Source: Octopus vulgaris
Lineage: Eukaryota
Length of the DNA: 64,000 bases
Direction: 5' to 3'
NCBI GenBank assembly: GCA_951406725.2
Contig: OX597814.1
Coordinates: forward strand, 130,324,001-130,388,000
Position numbers and translations under genes: made by a program. Below the pieces are notes generated by a model. That model was given only the letters and a program-made list of their open reading frames with translations, was not told the DNA's origin and ran no database searches. Of this stretch, positions 26,701 through 39,729 are shown piece by piece. Every line of letters starts with the position of its first letter. The first letter of the stretch is position 1.

Positions 26701-26772
26701 GCATACAGCTGGTTTCAATTGCCCTAGCAGAAGCGTAAATAATTTCATTTAACTCAGTAAAATCAGGTTTTA
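23741..26772 (-). mobile_element. 5'-truncated R4/Dong-clade non-LTR retrotransposon inserted in (TAA)n
   Basis: RT plus CCHC zinc knuckle plus restriction-like endonuclease; (TTA)n on both flanks (23715-23740, 26775-26848). Confidence 0.9.
23916..26748 (-). pseudogene. RT-RLE polyprotein of R4/Dong element with frameshifts near 25597 and 25920
   Basis: SPGKD, NYRPITCL, EQKGC, IDYKKAFDS, GIFQGDSLSP, YMDDLKL, YKYLG, GGRGL, CRFC..ETVDHLISGC, RHD, KPDIV..LID..IP, K..KY. Confidence 0.92.
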
Positions 26773-26849
<77 letters not shown>

Positions 26850-26851
<2 letters not shown>

Positions 26852-27512
26852 GTAGAAAAATATAAACTGGGACAAGAACGTAAAACATTTAGAAGACGAT
26901 ACAAAAAACAAGGACGGGAATTTCGAAGCCTTCAATCTTCAGTCAAGAACCGGATCATCCTCGCAATTTCGGCTGATTAATCTTGAGATCGCTCCGATCC
27001 GGCCAGCCCCAAGGAAAAACTAAGCTACGAGCATTAGATTTCTTGGAAAAAGGATCGAATGTATACGAAACAAGGACAGAAAAACGGACGATGCCACACG
27101 AATATAAATACAAAAAACAATAATAGTAATAACAGGACAAAAACAGCGGGTGTCTTACGACTATAGACAGGACAACTTAGTTTAGCTGGCGTATTTGGAA
27201 AAAAATGCCTTTTTCGGCAGACGAAGAAAACGATGTTCTCGTGGCGCTGGTCAGAAGCCGAAAGGCTAGTTGACAAGCGGTCACGTGAGAGGAGAAGAGA
27301 GAGAAAAAAGGGGGCAAAGAGAAAAAGAACGACGAAGGCACCAAAGGGGGGAGAAGAGAGAGAAAGAAGGAATTAAAGAGGGGAGAAGAAAGAGAGCGTG
27401 CCAAGGATTGGCTTGCCGACAGAATCAGTGAAGTGCAAAGTGAGAAAGACAGAGAAATGTGAGAGAGTGGGGGAAGAGGAGACCAAAGAATCAGAGGCAA
27501 GAAAAGAGAAAA

Positions 27513-27558
<46 letters not shown>

Positions 27559-27589
27559 CAGATCAAAGTAGAGAGAGAGGCAGAGAAAT

Positions 27590-27626
<37 letters not shown>

Positions 27627-27832
27627 AAGAGACAGATCAAAGTAGAGTGCAAAGTGTGAAAGGCAGAGAAATGTAGGAGAGAGAGACAGTGTTATAGAGT
27701 TGTACAAAATTTAAAGAAATATGTACTTGCATACAAGGCCAAAGAGGGTACGGACGCCGCTATATATATTATTATATGTAGAAAAATACAAACTGGGACA
27801 AGAACGTAAACCATTTAGAATTCGATACAAAA

Positions 27833-27837
<5 letters not shown>
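26850..27837 (-). mobile_element. Non-coding element with ~58-bp partial direct terminal repeat (Penelope-like partial tandem) and internal (GA)n
   Basis: tgtagaaaaatataaactgggacaagaacgtaa...gatacaaaaaa at 26851-26908 recurs at 27778-27837; contains CTGAAGA...GAAA on the minus strand. Confidence 0.55.
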
Positions 27838-27882
<45 letters not shown>

Positions 27883-27977
27883 TATATATGTGTGTGTGTG
27901 TGTGTGTATAATATTATATTATATACATAATATATATACATACATATAGACACACACATATATATATGTATATATAA

Positions 27978-28048
<71 letters not shown>

Positions 28049-28460
28049 TTTGCATACATACATACACACATACACACACACAAACATTCATTTTGTGATT
28101 GATCAATTCAAAGCACTGAGACGTTATCTCATTGTGTCCCAACGTGCTGTTTGATAAACATGAAAAGTAAACAAAAAGCGATACTTCGTTTATTTTGCCA
28201 GTCGTCTGATCCATCTTAGTGTAAAATATATAATTGAATGAATAAAAATAAATAATAAATACATAAACAATAAAACTAATTGTTATTGCCTATGATGTTA
28301 TGACGTCAGAATTATCTATTTAGAAAAGATCGCTACGTACTTAGGTAGGACAATGTCAACAGCTGAATGAGTCAGGTATAGATAATAACTCTAAACATCC
28401 AAGATTCTATTGACTAAGTATGTATTATGTATATAAATGGATTGTGCATATTTTTACTTG

Positions 28461-28493
<33 letters not shown>

Positions 28494-28590
28494 GCACACA
28501 CACAAGCACGCACGCACACACACACACAGGTATCTATCTATTTATCCCTCTATGGATATATATATATATATTAATATTATTATTATTATA

Positions 28591-28712
<122 letters not shown>

Positions 28713-28733
28713 AAAGCAGCAAAAAAATCGAAA

Positions 28734-28777
28734 AAACTGTTACCCAGAATTTCACGTTCCTGCACGTCGGACAGTTT
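28734..28777 (-). ncRNA. Hammerhead motif, U4C variant, decayed (left arm)
   Basis: Minus strand: AAACTGT-CCGACGT-gcaggaacgt-GAAA-TTCTGGG-TA-ACAGTTT. Confidence 0.5.
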
Positions 28778-28842
28778 TGTTTAGAATGGAAGAAAATAGG
28801 GTATATTTATGCTTATAACCTTATCTTGTTCCATTCTAAACA

Positions 28843-28886
28843 AAACTATCCGACGAACGGGAACATGAAACTCTGAGTAACAGCTT
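28843..28886 (+). ncRNA. Hammerhead motif, U4C variant (right arm)
   Basis: CTAT-CCGACGA-ACG ggaa CAT-GAAA-CTCTGAG-TA-ACAG; consensus of the two arms restores stems I and II. Confidence 0.55.
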
Positions 28887-29001
28887 TTGTGATATTTTGC
28901 TGCCTCTTAATAACGCATATTACTCTACCTCCAGTATTCAAGTACTATTTTTACACCTTGTTTCGCGTTTTTGTGCTTACTCTGGTACATATATATATAC
29001 A

Positions 29002-29051
<50 letters not shown>

Positions 29052-29074
29052 CATATATATATATATATATAGAG

Positions 29075-29270
29075 AGGGGAGTGGGAGAGGGAGAATTCAC
29101 GAAAAAACAAAAGGCGAAGACAGTTGGTGTAGAAAACAAACAGATGTATTAGTATAACGCTCGGGAATTGAAATAGTCTTTTACGTCTCGAGCCTACGCT
29201 CTTCTACAGAAAGCAACACAGAAAAAAAAAACAAGGTGACAAACAAGGAGTGAAAAAAATTGAGAGAGGG
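29075..29270 (-). mobile_element. Minimal-hammerhead (A6U) repeat family copy; GAAA mutated to GAGA
   Basis: Minus strand: ctttctgtagaagagcgtaggctcgagacgtaaaagac at 29177-29213. Confidence 0.7.
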
Positions 29271-29396
29271 AAAATATGTATATGTGTGTGTGTGTGAATG
29301 TATAATATGTATATGTACAATCACACACACATACACACACATATGTGTATGTATATAATTTACCATATATAATATACTATACGTTCCAACTCGTTC

Positions 29397-29465
<69 letters not shown>

Positions 29466-30104
29466 TGTATGAGCGCATGAATTAGTATATATATACAACG
29501 CTCTGTATTCATTAATCCAGTGACTCTTAGCTATATTAGGCTCATGGCGGTTTTCTGAATCTATACTCCATCTCTGATCCCTTCATGGGTACTATTAGTG
29601 GAAGAAAAATATAACGTATATACTATTTGCATGGTTATTCATCACAGCAGTATCTTATAAAACAAAGTGTTGACAGTGACCTATTCATCTGTAATGAACA
29701 TCGTGTATTGAGATAATTATATAGGGATATAAATCTGCAGCAAGAGTACAAACCACAGAGACTGCCAAAATTTAAGTACGGGGATTTGTCCGTGAGCAGG
29801 TCACTGTTGGTGCGACGTATATTTTTTAAACTAATTAATAACTGTTGAAGTGAAGTCAAAATATTTGCAGAACTATGCACGAGACGTCCGCATGAGATTG
29901 AACATGTATATTATTCTACCAATTACATTTGGGGTTATATTTCAAAAGTTATATATTCAATTTTTCACCCTTATTATTTTAAATTTAAATTTAAGTAACT
30001 ATGTTCTCTAACCGGCAAAATAAACTGCAGAGAATTATTTTCTGCAGAATTATTTCCGGTATTTTGGTGCGCCAAAATGAAGAGAAGAAAGAGTCTAGAT
30101 GTAC

Positions 30105-30442
30105 TCGCGAGAGTGAGGTCGCACCGATACAGTCGTCAATATAACGACCTTATAGTTCAGGAGTGGGACCAGTGAAACTTGAGAATATTTGGTCTCAATG
30201 TAGCCAACGAACAAGTTTGCATAGATGGGGCCCATACTTGTTCACATGGCCACTCCCGAGAAAAGCTGGTAAAAATCACCCGCGAACGGGAAGCAGTTAA
30301 GTGGGAGGACAAGTTCAGCCAGACGAAGGAGTGTAGATGTATCAGGTTGTGAGCTGGTCGAAGGTCAAGGAAATGCTGGAGTGCACGCAGCCCCTCGTGG
30401 TTAGGGATCACCGTGTATAGACTCTTGATGTCAAGAGTGAAA
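30105..30442 (-). pseudogene. Penelope-like element reverse transcriptase fragment (frameshifted)
   Basis: FTLDIKSLYTVIPNHEGLRAL, LLRLAELVL.LNCF.F.GDFYQ..GVAM, MGP.YANLFVGY.E, RYIDDCIG. Confidence 0.88.
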
Positions 30443-30837
30443 ATAATATATATACTTATGGACGCAAATTTATGCGCCATAGTGCTAGCTAGAAGCGATC
30501 GCCTCAGGGATTGAATCAACAGCAGCATTCGTTCTATTTTTCTTGACTGCCAACAATACTCAATACTGCTGCTGTATCTATCCGTTAGAGAGATTTACAA
30601 ATTATAACATATATATATATTTATAGGTTTGTGAAGATTCTTAAAGAATGTATCATATATCATGTCAGTGAGCAGATGTTGTCATTTTCGAGACTAATAG
30701 TGACAATTAATCACACGCACTGGTAATATTTCATTTCGGACTTATCATCCGTTATTTGCTAAATTAATCCATTTAGTTGGTATATGTCTAATTCATAATG
30801 ATGAACAAAAACGTAACTGATGTCGTGGAGTTTTTAC

Positions 30838-31960
30838 ACTATAATAGTTCATGTTTTTTTTTATGTAAACAAACTTTCTATATGTTTTCGGTGCGAATGC
30901 TTTTAAATATGGCGCTGTTTTTACAATCCTGTAAATAATAATGGTAATTTTATATAAGCTTAAAGCTTATAGTGATTATCATGCAATGACTAAGGAAAAT
31001 AAACTAATAAAGGGGCATATAAGCCTTCGACAGAAAAAAAAAGAAAGCTTTCCTATCCGCGTGCTAGCCGAACCCACAGCACTTTATTAACCTGACTAAG
31101 TGTGTTACCTTTACACCAGCAAATCAGCCTCCCCTCCGCGCTCTCTCTTTCACATGTTTCAGTCATTTGACTGCGGCCATGCTGGAGCACCGCCTTTAGT
31201 CGAGCAGATCGACCCCGGGACTTATTCTTTGTAAGCCCAGTACTTATTCTATCGGTCTCTTTTGCCGAACCGCTAAGTTACGGGGACATAAACACACCAG
31301 CATCGGTTGTCAAGCAATGCTAGGGGGACAAACACAGACACACAAACACACATATACATATATATACATATATACGACAGGCTTCTTTCAGTTTCCGTCT
31401 ACCAAATCCACTCACAAGGCATTGGTCGGCTCGGGGCTATATCAGAAGACACTTGCCCAAGGTGCCACGCAGTGGGACTGAACCCGGAACCATGTGGCTG
31501 GTTAGCAAGCTACTTACCACACAGCCACTCCTGCGACTGCCAAATTTAAGAACTATAATAGTTCGTGGTTTTTTTTTGTTTTTTTGTCAACAAACTTTCT
31601 ATATGCCTTCTATGCGAATGTTTTTTTTTATACAGCGCCGATTTTACAATCCTGTAAATAATAATAATGGTAATTTTTATTATATAAGTTTAAAGCTAAT
31701 GTCGAACTATTATAGTTCTTAAATTTGACTGAAATGGGGAGGCTGATCCGCGTTAACAAAGGGATGTGGGTCCGACTCCCACACGGATGGGAGAGCTTTC
31801 TTTTTTTCTGACGAGGGCTTATATGCCCATTTATTAGACTATTTTCCTTAGTCATTGCACAGTGATCACCATAAGCTTATATAAAAATACCATTATTAGT
31901 ATTTACAGGATTATAAAAATGGCGCCGTATAAAAAGAAAAACATTCGTACCGAAAGCATA
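30838..31960. repeat. Composite direct plus inverted repeat of one family, interrupted by a SINE A copy
   Basis: 30838-30970 repeated directly at 31552-31700; 30880-31095 repeated inverted at 31750-31960; related copy at 23330-23445. Confidence 0.75.
31146..31535 (-). mobile_element. SINE family A
   Basis: Reverse complement of the family A consensus. Confidence 0.85.
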
Positions 31961-32039
31961 TATATGTATGTATATATATTTTAAACTAACCTAAAGTCCG
32001 CTTATGCTTAATCACTGCTTGGCGCTGATACTGCTGAAC

Positions 32040-32247
32040 TTATCCCGACCAAGCGGTGCAACAGAAACAGTAAGAGTTAGGGAACGTTGTGGTGAAAGAG
32101 CACAGCAGGGTTCGCCACCCCATGCCGGAGCCTCGTGGAGCTTTAGATGTTTTCGCTCAATAAACACTCACAACGCCCGGTCTCGGAATCGAAACTACGA
32201 TCCTACGACTGCAAGTCCGCTGCCCTAACCACTAGGCCTTTGTGTCT

Positions 32248-32248
<1 letters not shown>
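32040..32248 (-). mobile_element. SINE family C
   Basis: Minus strand: gcctagtggttagggcagcggact...gtttcgattccgagaccgggcgttgtgagtgtttattgagcgaaaac. Confidence 0.75.
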
Positions 32249-32278
<30 letters not shown>

Positions 32279-32299
32279 ACACACACATACATATATATA

Positions 32300-33400
32300 T
32301 AATTAGAAAATAGAGAAAACCTTAGATTAACTAACACATCGATTGGACCACATTTATAGCTTCTTATTTATTAATACAAAGCATGACATAACAAAACTTA
32401 CAGCCGTTTCTAATCAGATTGCCAGAATTTAGTCTATACATAAGTGCGAGAATAAAATTCTTCATCTTCATGGGCATTCGAATTAAGGCAACGGATCTTC
32501 ATCAGAGTGAAAAACAAGAGCATACAATATTAAAAAGAGGATGAAGGAAAAGGAAAGAAAACATGGCTTAGACAAATAGTCTAGAAGCTCAATATGTTAA
32601 GTGCAAATAATTATTTGCCATCAGGGCTGCCAGAGCGTAGATGAAAGAGTGAGCTAGTAAAGGCCTCGGGAATACTACAAACTATTAACAGGTGGATGCA
32701 ATTGGAAGTGGGTGTCAGGATGCTTTAAGAAAAAAGTTATCAAGAAACCATATGTAAAGAAAATACTAACATAATTATCAAAGGTCCATACCTATACTAA
32801 CGAAGTAAACTTAATTAAAAGTAAACAATTATCGTAGAGTGCTAAAGAAAAATTTACTCACAGTAGTTAATACTAATAATCTTACATATGATCCACTATG
32901 GGGCAAGTCTAAATCCAGTGGTCTCTACATTGGTCAGTTACAATTTCAAACGGGGTCACAAGTTAAAACCGTTACAAAGGATTTATTTATAAAATAAGCA
33001 AGAAAAGAAAGCAAAGGAATGAAGGTACGGGAGATAAGTCAATGAATAGATATTTAGGGCCGTTTATGTCCTTCAGCATCTTAACGTTATAACATGCAAG
33101 AGACTATAACATGCATTATGAGACTATAAGTTAGTGGTTAAGGGGAGGCAACTAGTACTGGTAAATCATCGGGTCTATGAAAAATAGGGGCAGAAATAGG
33201 GCTAAACCTCGTATATAGCGAATTGTAGTAATAATTCGGTATATACAGGTATGTAATAAAAATATATCCTACAGGTGCTCTAAAAAGTACAAATAAAATG
33301 ACACTAATAACATCTCCCGGGGATAATACAGGTAACGGTTACTGATAGTATATACGGTTATTTTATCCCTTAGTCGGTTACTATAACCGGTGTCTCTGTT
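32300..33400 (-). mobile_element. Non-coding Penelope-like element 3' region between (TA)n tracts
   Basis: Hammerhead near the 3' end followed by AATAAA on the minus strand; bounded by (TA)n; extent approximate. Confidence 0.5.
32396..32508 (-). ncRNA. Type I hammerhead ribozyme with canonical core and ~90-nt stem II domain
   Basis: Minus strand: ACT-CTGATGA-aGATCcgTTGCC...GGCAAtctGATTa-GAAA-CGGCTG-TA-AGT. Confidence 0.7.
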
Positions 33401-33422
33401 TATATATATATATATATATATA

Positions 33423-34606
33423 TTTACATAATAGAAAATGTTTTTATTCTATGTGTCCTCCTTTCTCAATAACTTCCTTCAAACGCTTCCTGAAACTTGC
33501 ACAGGTGTTCCTCAAATATTCGGGAGACAACTTCTCCCATTCTTCTTTAATAGTATCTTTAAGAGAGTCGACATTGCTGTGTAATGTTCTATTGGTAGCA
33601 TGTTCTAAAACGCCCCAAATACCATAATCCAGAGAGTTTAGATCTAGGCTAGAAGGCGGCTATAAACATGAGTCCCAAAAATTGCTAAAGTTGGATTTGC
33701 AGAAATATTGTATTTTACTAGCTGTGTGGGCTGGAGCACCATCCTGGGTCCATACATAATTACCATCTGGGTAGTTTGCTTTAAGCCATGGCAATACATC
33801 GTATCTCAGTGTCTTGTAGTATTAACATTGATCTTTTCATCAGCTTTGTAGAATTTTATAGGCATTTTCTTTCCATCGGAAGCCACAACACCAAAAGCCA
33901 TAACTTGAGCGGGATCTTTTGTTTTGAATGTCCCTTTAACCTCAGCTGTTGATTTTGCGATAAACCTGTCATTTCTGCTGTTCAGAACAGCATCGACAGT
34001 AAAGATCTTTTCATCTGAAAAGATCGTTACAATGGAAGACTTTTTCTTGAACCATGTAATAATATTCTTGCACCTCTCCAATCTCTTTTCCTTCATAGCT
34101 GTTGTCAACAAATGTTTTGGTGTTCTTGTGTAAGATTTTAACCTCAAATCATATTTTACAGCATTTCTAATGGTCTTGTTGTCTACCTCAAGTTCAATTG
34201 CCATTTTTCTCATGGATTTGGTTGGATCCTTTAGGATTTTGGATTTGAGAGCTTTAATAAAAGCTTTGGTACGTTTTTTGTTGATTCCTCAACTTCCAGA
34301 CTTCCTTGTAATAGTTTTGCTCATAGTCATTCTATTCTTTACATTATAAATAGTCTTTATGGACATTCCAACTTTTTTTGAAATCTCTTTTGGTGCGACG
34401 AGTGCATTCAGAAAATCACACACTCTTTGACTTTTGCTTTCCTGATTACTCATACGGGCAAAAGTTTCTGAAAAGGTAAGGATAAGGATAATAGTGTTAG
34501 GTATGAGTATGACATCAATATACGCTAGGTTTCAAAACAATTGACTTAGTGCCTCCCGAGAAAAAAACAACTTAACGTTCATTGTAAATTTTGCTTCCCC
34601 ACCCTA
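33423..34606 (-). mobile_element. maT DNA transposon with one TIR retained
   Basis: 5' end TA-TAGGGTGGGGAAGCAAAATTTACAAT at ~34581-34608; 3' TIR not visible, (TA)n in its place. Confidence 0.8.
33444..34453 (-). pseudogene. Tc1/mariner DD37D (maT) transposase, disrupted
   Basis: HTH N-terminus, IFSDEKIF, VMAFG, WTQDGAPAH-...-PPSSLDLNSLDY with 37 residues between the 2nd and 3rd D; two stops and a frameshift near 33820. Confidence 0.9.
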
Positions 34607-34608
34607 TA

Positions 34609-34659
<51 letters not shown>

Positions 34660-34663
<4 letters not shown>

Positions 34664-34840
34664 GTGCGTGTGTGTGTGCGTAGGCTTCCTTCAGTTTCCG
34701 TCTACCAAATCTACTCAAAGGATTTGGTTGGCCCGAGGATATAGTAGAAGACAGTTGCCCAAATTATCACGCTGTGGGATTGAACCTGGAACCTCGTGGT
34801 TGGGAAGCAACCTTCTTATCACACCACACAGCCATGCCTG
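34660..34840 (-). mobile_element. SINE family A 5' half, diverged
   Basis: ggcttccttcagtttccgtctaccaaat...gaacctggaacc...ccacacagccatgcc. Confidence 0.7.
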
Positions 34841-36744
34841 GTAAGATATGACAAGTATATTTGTCCTATTATTTCTAGCAGGTCGAGTGACCAGACTAGT
34901 GTGACAAGCTTAGTCGTTGGCCTATATTTTTGAAAATAGTTCTCTGCTACTATCTTTGGATAGCACTGTGTAGATTTGTTAGGAGAGACATGTGGTACAG
35001 AAATTATAAATCCTACATCGAGCGTAGTGGAACAGACTACGGAAATAGTAGATCCAAATACGGAAGTCGTAGCTTCAACTAACTATTTAATTAAGGATTC
35101 TAGCTATAAATATTCTATCTTCATGTGTGATATATTATCTCCGTTCCATTTTTGATATACGAGTGTTGTATATTCTACAAGCAATAACATTTCAGGAACA
35201 TCCTTCATATACAATAGATGTGCTTAGGTAGATGCATGTTCATTACTCTGGTTTATAGAGAATTTGATATTTAAATATTGTTAGCAGATGTGTTAAGCTA
35301 TTTAGCTATAATGAAAAGGAAATGGAAATGCTTATTTATACATTCCCCTGGCAATATAAAAATACATGTGAAAAATTATAAGACTTCAAGTATGAATCGA
35401 TATAAAATAGTGGATAATTAACTTTCTAGAAATAAGCACATCTTAAAGGACAAATTAGAGAGAAATATCGCAATCATAAATGACAACGATTTAATCTATT
35501 AACCTTTTAATTACGAATCAGGATATATATTTCTCCCGTATTTCCGTTCAGTTCAGTCACTGCACTTATGATGTCCTTGGACCGTTTCAGTTGCAAAGTA
35601 GTTTTTCTTTTTTATTTTTCTATATGAAATTGTGCAGTTTACGGGAGCTGTGACACGTAGAACTACTGTCAGCAGCAGCAGCTTCTCATTGATTAGTCTG
35701 CACCTACCTGTCCCTTCGTCCTTCTCCATAAACTCCTTCCTGCTCTTCAGTTTAAAGTTTTCTCGTTTACAGTGACAACCTAATAATTACTTCTTCGTTT
35801 TATAGTGTTTATAACACTCATCTACAACACCTCATGTACATCCTTCCATTATATTTGTCCAACTCATCAATATTCCTTTCTGTATTTATCCTGTCATTCA
35901 TGTTTCTATTTATTCAGTTTTTCGTCAATGTTGCAACAAAATATTTGAATCAGTTCTCAGCTATATTTTACCTATGAACCCCTTTGACTCTTGCTTTATT
36001 CTACAGCCCACCACCCCATAACCATTTGATGTTTAAAGAAATACCAGGATGTTTATATAATTAAATATAATTGGGATATATATGAAAAAGTTGTAAAAAT
36101 ATTTTGTGCTTTGTAATATAGAAGTACAACCATTTTAATACACAACTTTAACAATAAAGTCTTTAAGGCACAACTTTAACAACAAAATCTTATGTGGACT
36201 TTCAAGGGTGATAAGGACCACAGTTGCGAACCGCTTACTGGTTTCACTCATTTAACTCAGCCATAGACGGACACAACTTTGCACATTTTATTGGGTCATA
36301 CTAACTCAAGTTCTTATTTCAGACTGGTATTATTTTCATCAGTTTCTTTATAGTGAACTGCTATGACACATAAGTCATACCGTTTTTGAATAAATTAAAC
36401 TACATCCAAGAGAAGCATCAACTCTACCAACCACCACTGCCTGAAGAACGTGCAGAGACAAGAACGTGAATCCCTGAATATTGCAAACTGGAAACCAAAG
36501 CCAAATATATAAAGTATTTACTTAATATAAACAATTGAGTTGTTTTACAGTACACTGCACAGTTACACACACACACACGCATACACACACAGAAACACTC
36601 ACGTACGCGCGCGCGCACACACACACACACAAGCACTCGCGTACGCGCACACACATAGAAACACTCGCATGCGAACATGTGTTAATTCTCTAATACAGAT
36701 GGCATGTGATATGTGGATTGGAATAGCCAGCGCGTGAAATTAAC

Positions 36745-36995
36745 GTGCAAGTGGCTGAGAACTCCACAGACATGCATACGCTTAACGTAGTTCTGAGGGA
36801 AATTCAAAGTGACACAGGGTATGACAATGTTGTTCTCTTGAAACGCTGGTACTACTAATTTTTGACAGCTGAGTGAACTGGAGCAACGTGAAATAAAGTG
36901 TCTTGCTCACAGCCACAACGCGCCACCGGTAATTGAACTCGCGGTGAAAGTAAGATCGTGAACCGAATAACCTAAGCACTGAGCCACGTGCCTTC
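36745..36995 (-). mobile_element. CORE-type SINE (family C group)
   Basis: gctgagtgaactggagcaacgtgaaataaagtgtcttgctca core plus tail matching the reverse complement of 41230-41330. Confidence 0.7.
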
Positions 36996-37040
36996 CCGAT
37001 ATGTGGATTATTTCGTTGCTAATATACGATTGTTGAAAAC

Positions 37041-37432
37041 GGCGAGCTGGCAGAAACGTTAGCACGCTGGGCGAAATGCTTAGCGGTATTTCGTCTGCGG
37101 CTACGTTCTGAGTTCAAATTCCGCCGAGGTCGACTTTGCCTTTCATCCTTTCGGGGTCGATAAATTAAGTACCAGTTACGCACTGGGGTCGATATAATCG
37201 ACTTAAACCGTTTGTCTGTCCTTGTTTGTCCTCTTTGTTTAGCCCCTTGTGGGAAGTATAGAAACAGGTATTTCATCTGCCGCTACGTTCTGAGTTCAAA
37301 TCCGCCGTGGTCGACTTTGCCTTTCATCCTTTCGGTGTCGATAAATTAAGTACTAGTTGCGTACTAGGGTTGATCTAATCGACTGGCCCCCTCTTCCAAA
37401 TTTCGGGCCTTGTGCCAAGAGTAGAAAAGAAT
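37041..37432 (+). mobile_element. SINE family B, dimeric copy
   Basis: Same internal duplication as 3436-3838. Confidence 0.85.
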
Positions 37433-38038
37433 ATATAAATGTTGAACTCTCAAGTTGAAATTCATTCTCTCGGTGGTTTGTACTGCTTTCTACAAAGGGT
37501 ACATGCCACACTTAAATTGCTGACAATTTAATCTTATCTTTCTGGCAATTAGTCCTTTCTTCTCTTCATCTTCGCTCCATGGTGACAAAACATTGATAGC
37601 ATAGTTTTCTTCGGGGGTTTTAAAATCTCGTGTAATTTGCATCCATTGTGCATTTTTATTTTTTAAATATAAGTTAGTCATAAGACAAGGGGAAAATGCA
37701 ATAATATTTACATTTGGTGACCATCTCAGACTGGTGATTTTTTTGCTGTCGATATTCAGTATAGATACTTTCTGGTAAATAACCGCAGGAAATAGAAGAA
37801 CAATGAGCATGCAAAGAGCGAGCGGGAGTTTCAAGACATTTCACTTTCGCACATGACGTCCATATAACCAGTGAAGGCGTTACGTAGGTTTCTGTGTTAG
37901 GCCTGATATGTAACATTATAATAAAACTTCATTACACGGAAAAAAAAAAATATATGAAAGAAATCAAAAGAAAGTATTTGCGATATTTCACGTTTGTCAC
38001 ATCCCAATATTTCATTTATCTCTGTTCTATAAAAAGGT

Positions 38039-38126
38039 GAAGAAGAAGAAGAAGAAGAAGAAGAAGAAGAAGAAGAAGAAGAAGAAGAAGAAGAAGAAGA
38101 AGAAGAAGAAGAAGAAGAAGAAGAAG
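38039..38126. repeat. (GAA)n microsatellite
   Basis: Directly visible; a second long (GAA)n lies at 50810-50922. Confidence 0.95.
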
Positions 38127-38426
38127 CGTCAATGACGACAACGACGACGATGAATCAAGGAAGCAGCAGCGGCAGCAGCAGCAGCATTGACACACGGTGA
38201 TTACAATAACCAACCTATACCCAGAAATTCAACAGAAAAACAGGAACTGAAATCATGAAAAGATAGAAATGAATATGAATGCATTTGATTCATGCAGACA
38301 CACATACATGCATAGGTACACACATACACACAGTCACTCACACACACTCACATATACATACATATATATGTGTGTATATAAATATATTTGTATGTATGTA
38401 TGTACACGTGTACATGTATATATATT

Positions 38427-38463
<37 letters not shown>

Positions 38464-38524
38464 GCGTATATGTATGTATATATATGCATTTGCATATATA
38501 AGTGTACATATCCACACACGTACA

Positions 38525-38591
<67 letters not shown>

Positions 38592-39108
38592 GGACACGTA
38601 TACGCGTATAAAACAAAAGAAAAGAAACAGAAAGAAAAGAGAACGAAAGGGAAAACACGAAAAAACCCAAGAAAACAGAAAATAAATCACAGAAGGTAAA
38701 ATCACAAACAACAACAACAGTAACAACAACAACAAACTGTTCGGAATATATATATGTAAGAGTAACCAAATACCTGTGCCATTCAGAAGAATACCAGAAT
38801 AATACAGGGCAAAGCAAACACGTTTTCCTTTGCATTTATTATTTGATCTTCCTTTTTTCGTACTTTTCTCTCAATTTTCTAAATCTACAACCTACGCTTA
38901 ATCATCTATTTTCTTCTATTATATTCACTTCTTTCTCGATAATATGGCTTCTTTTTACTTAAAAAAAAAAAAATTTTACTGCCATCTTTCTCTCTTTCTT
39001 CCTCGAATTTTTTATTATTTTATACTATCTCTCATTTTTTCTTCATCACTTTCTTTTTATCTGTCGTGCTTTCAAGTTTTCTTTCTTTCGTCGTTACACA
39101 CACACATG

Positions 39109-39169
<61 letters not shown>

Positions 39170-39299
39170 TATATACATATATATATATATACACACACAC
39201 ACACGAATGTATGTATGTATCAATCGGTTCGTTTTTGTTTTTGATGCTTTATTTAATCAGTTAATCTCTCTTCGCTTCCATCCATCCTCGCTACAGTTA

Positions 39300-39334
<35 letters not shown>

Positions 39335-39432
39335 CATATATATATATGTCTCTCTCTCTCTATATATATATATATGTCTATATATATATATATATGTCTA
39401 TATATATATATATGTATATATGTATATATTTG

Positions 39433-39471
<39 letters not shown>

Positions 39472-39509
39472 GTATATATGTATATATATATGTATATATA
39501 TATATGTAC

Positions 39510-39592
<83 letters not shown>

Positions 39593-39729
39593 CATATACA
39601 TATACATACATACATATATATATATATGTGTACAGTGATACATATACGCCCATTCTCACAAACACACACCACACACATCTTTCACTTATACACCTATACA
39701 CTTTGGTTTTCTTTACGTTTTCTTTCATT

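Noticed and set aside
26900-26946. CTGAAGA...GAAA...GTC on the minus strand as a canonical hammerhead
   Set aside because: Stem I (TTGA/CTTG) and stem III do not pair; kept only as part of the permuted-motif observation
37490-37916. Overlapping 114-aa and 80-aa ORFs in unique sequence
   Set aside because: No domain motifs or clear splice sites; length compatible with chance
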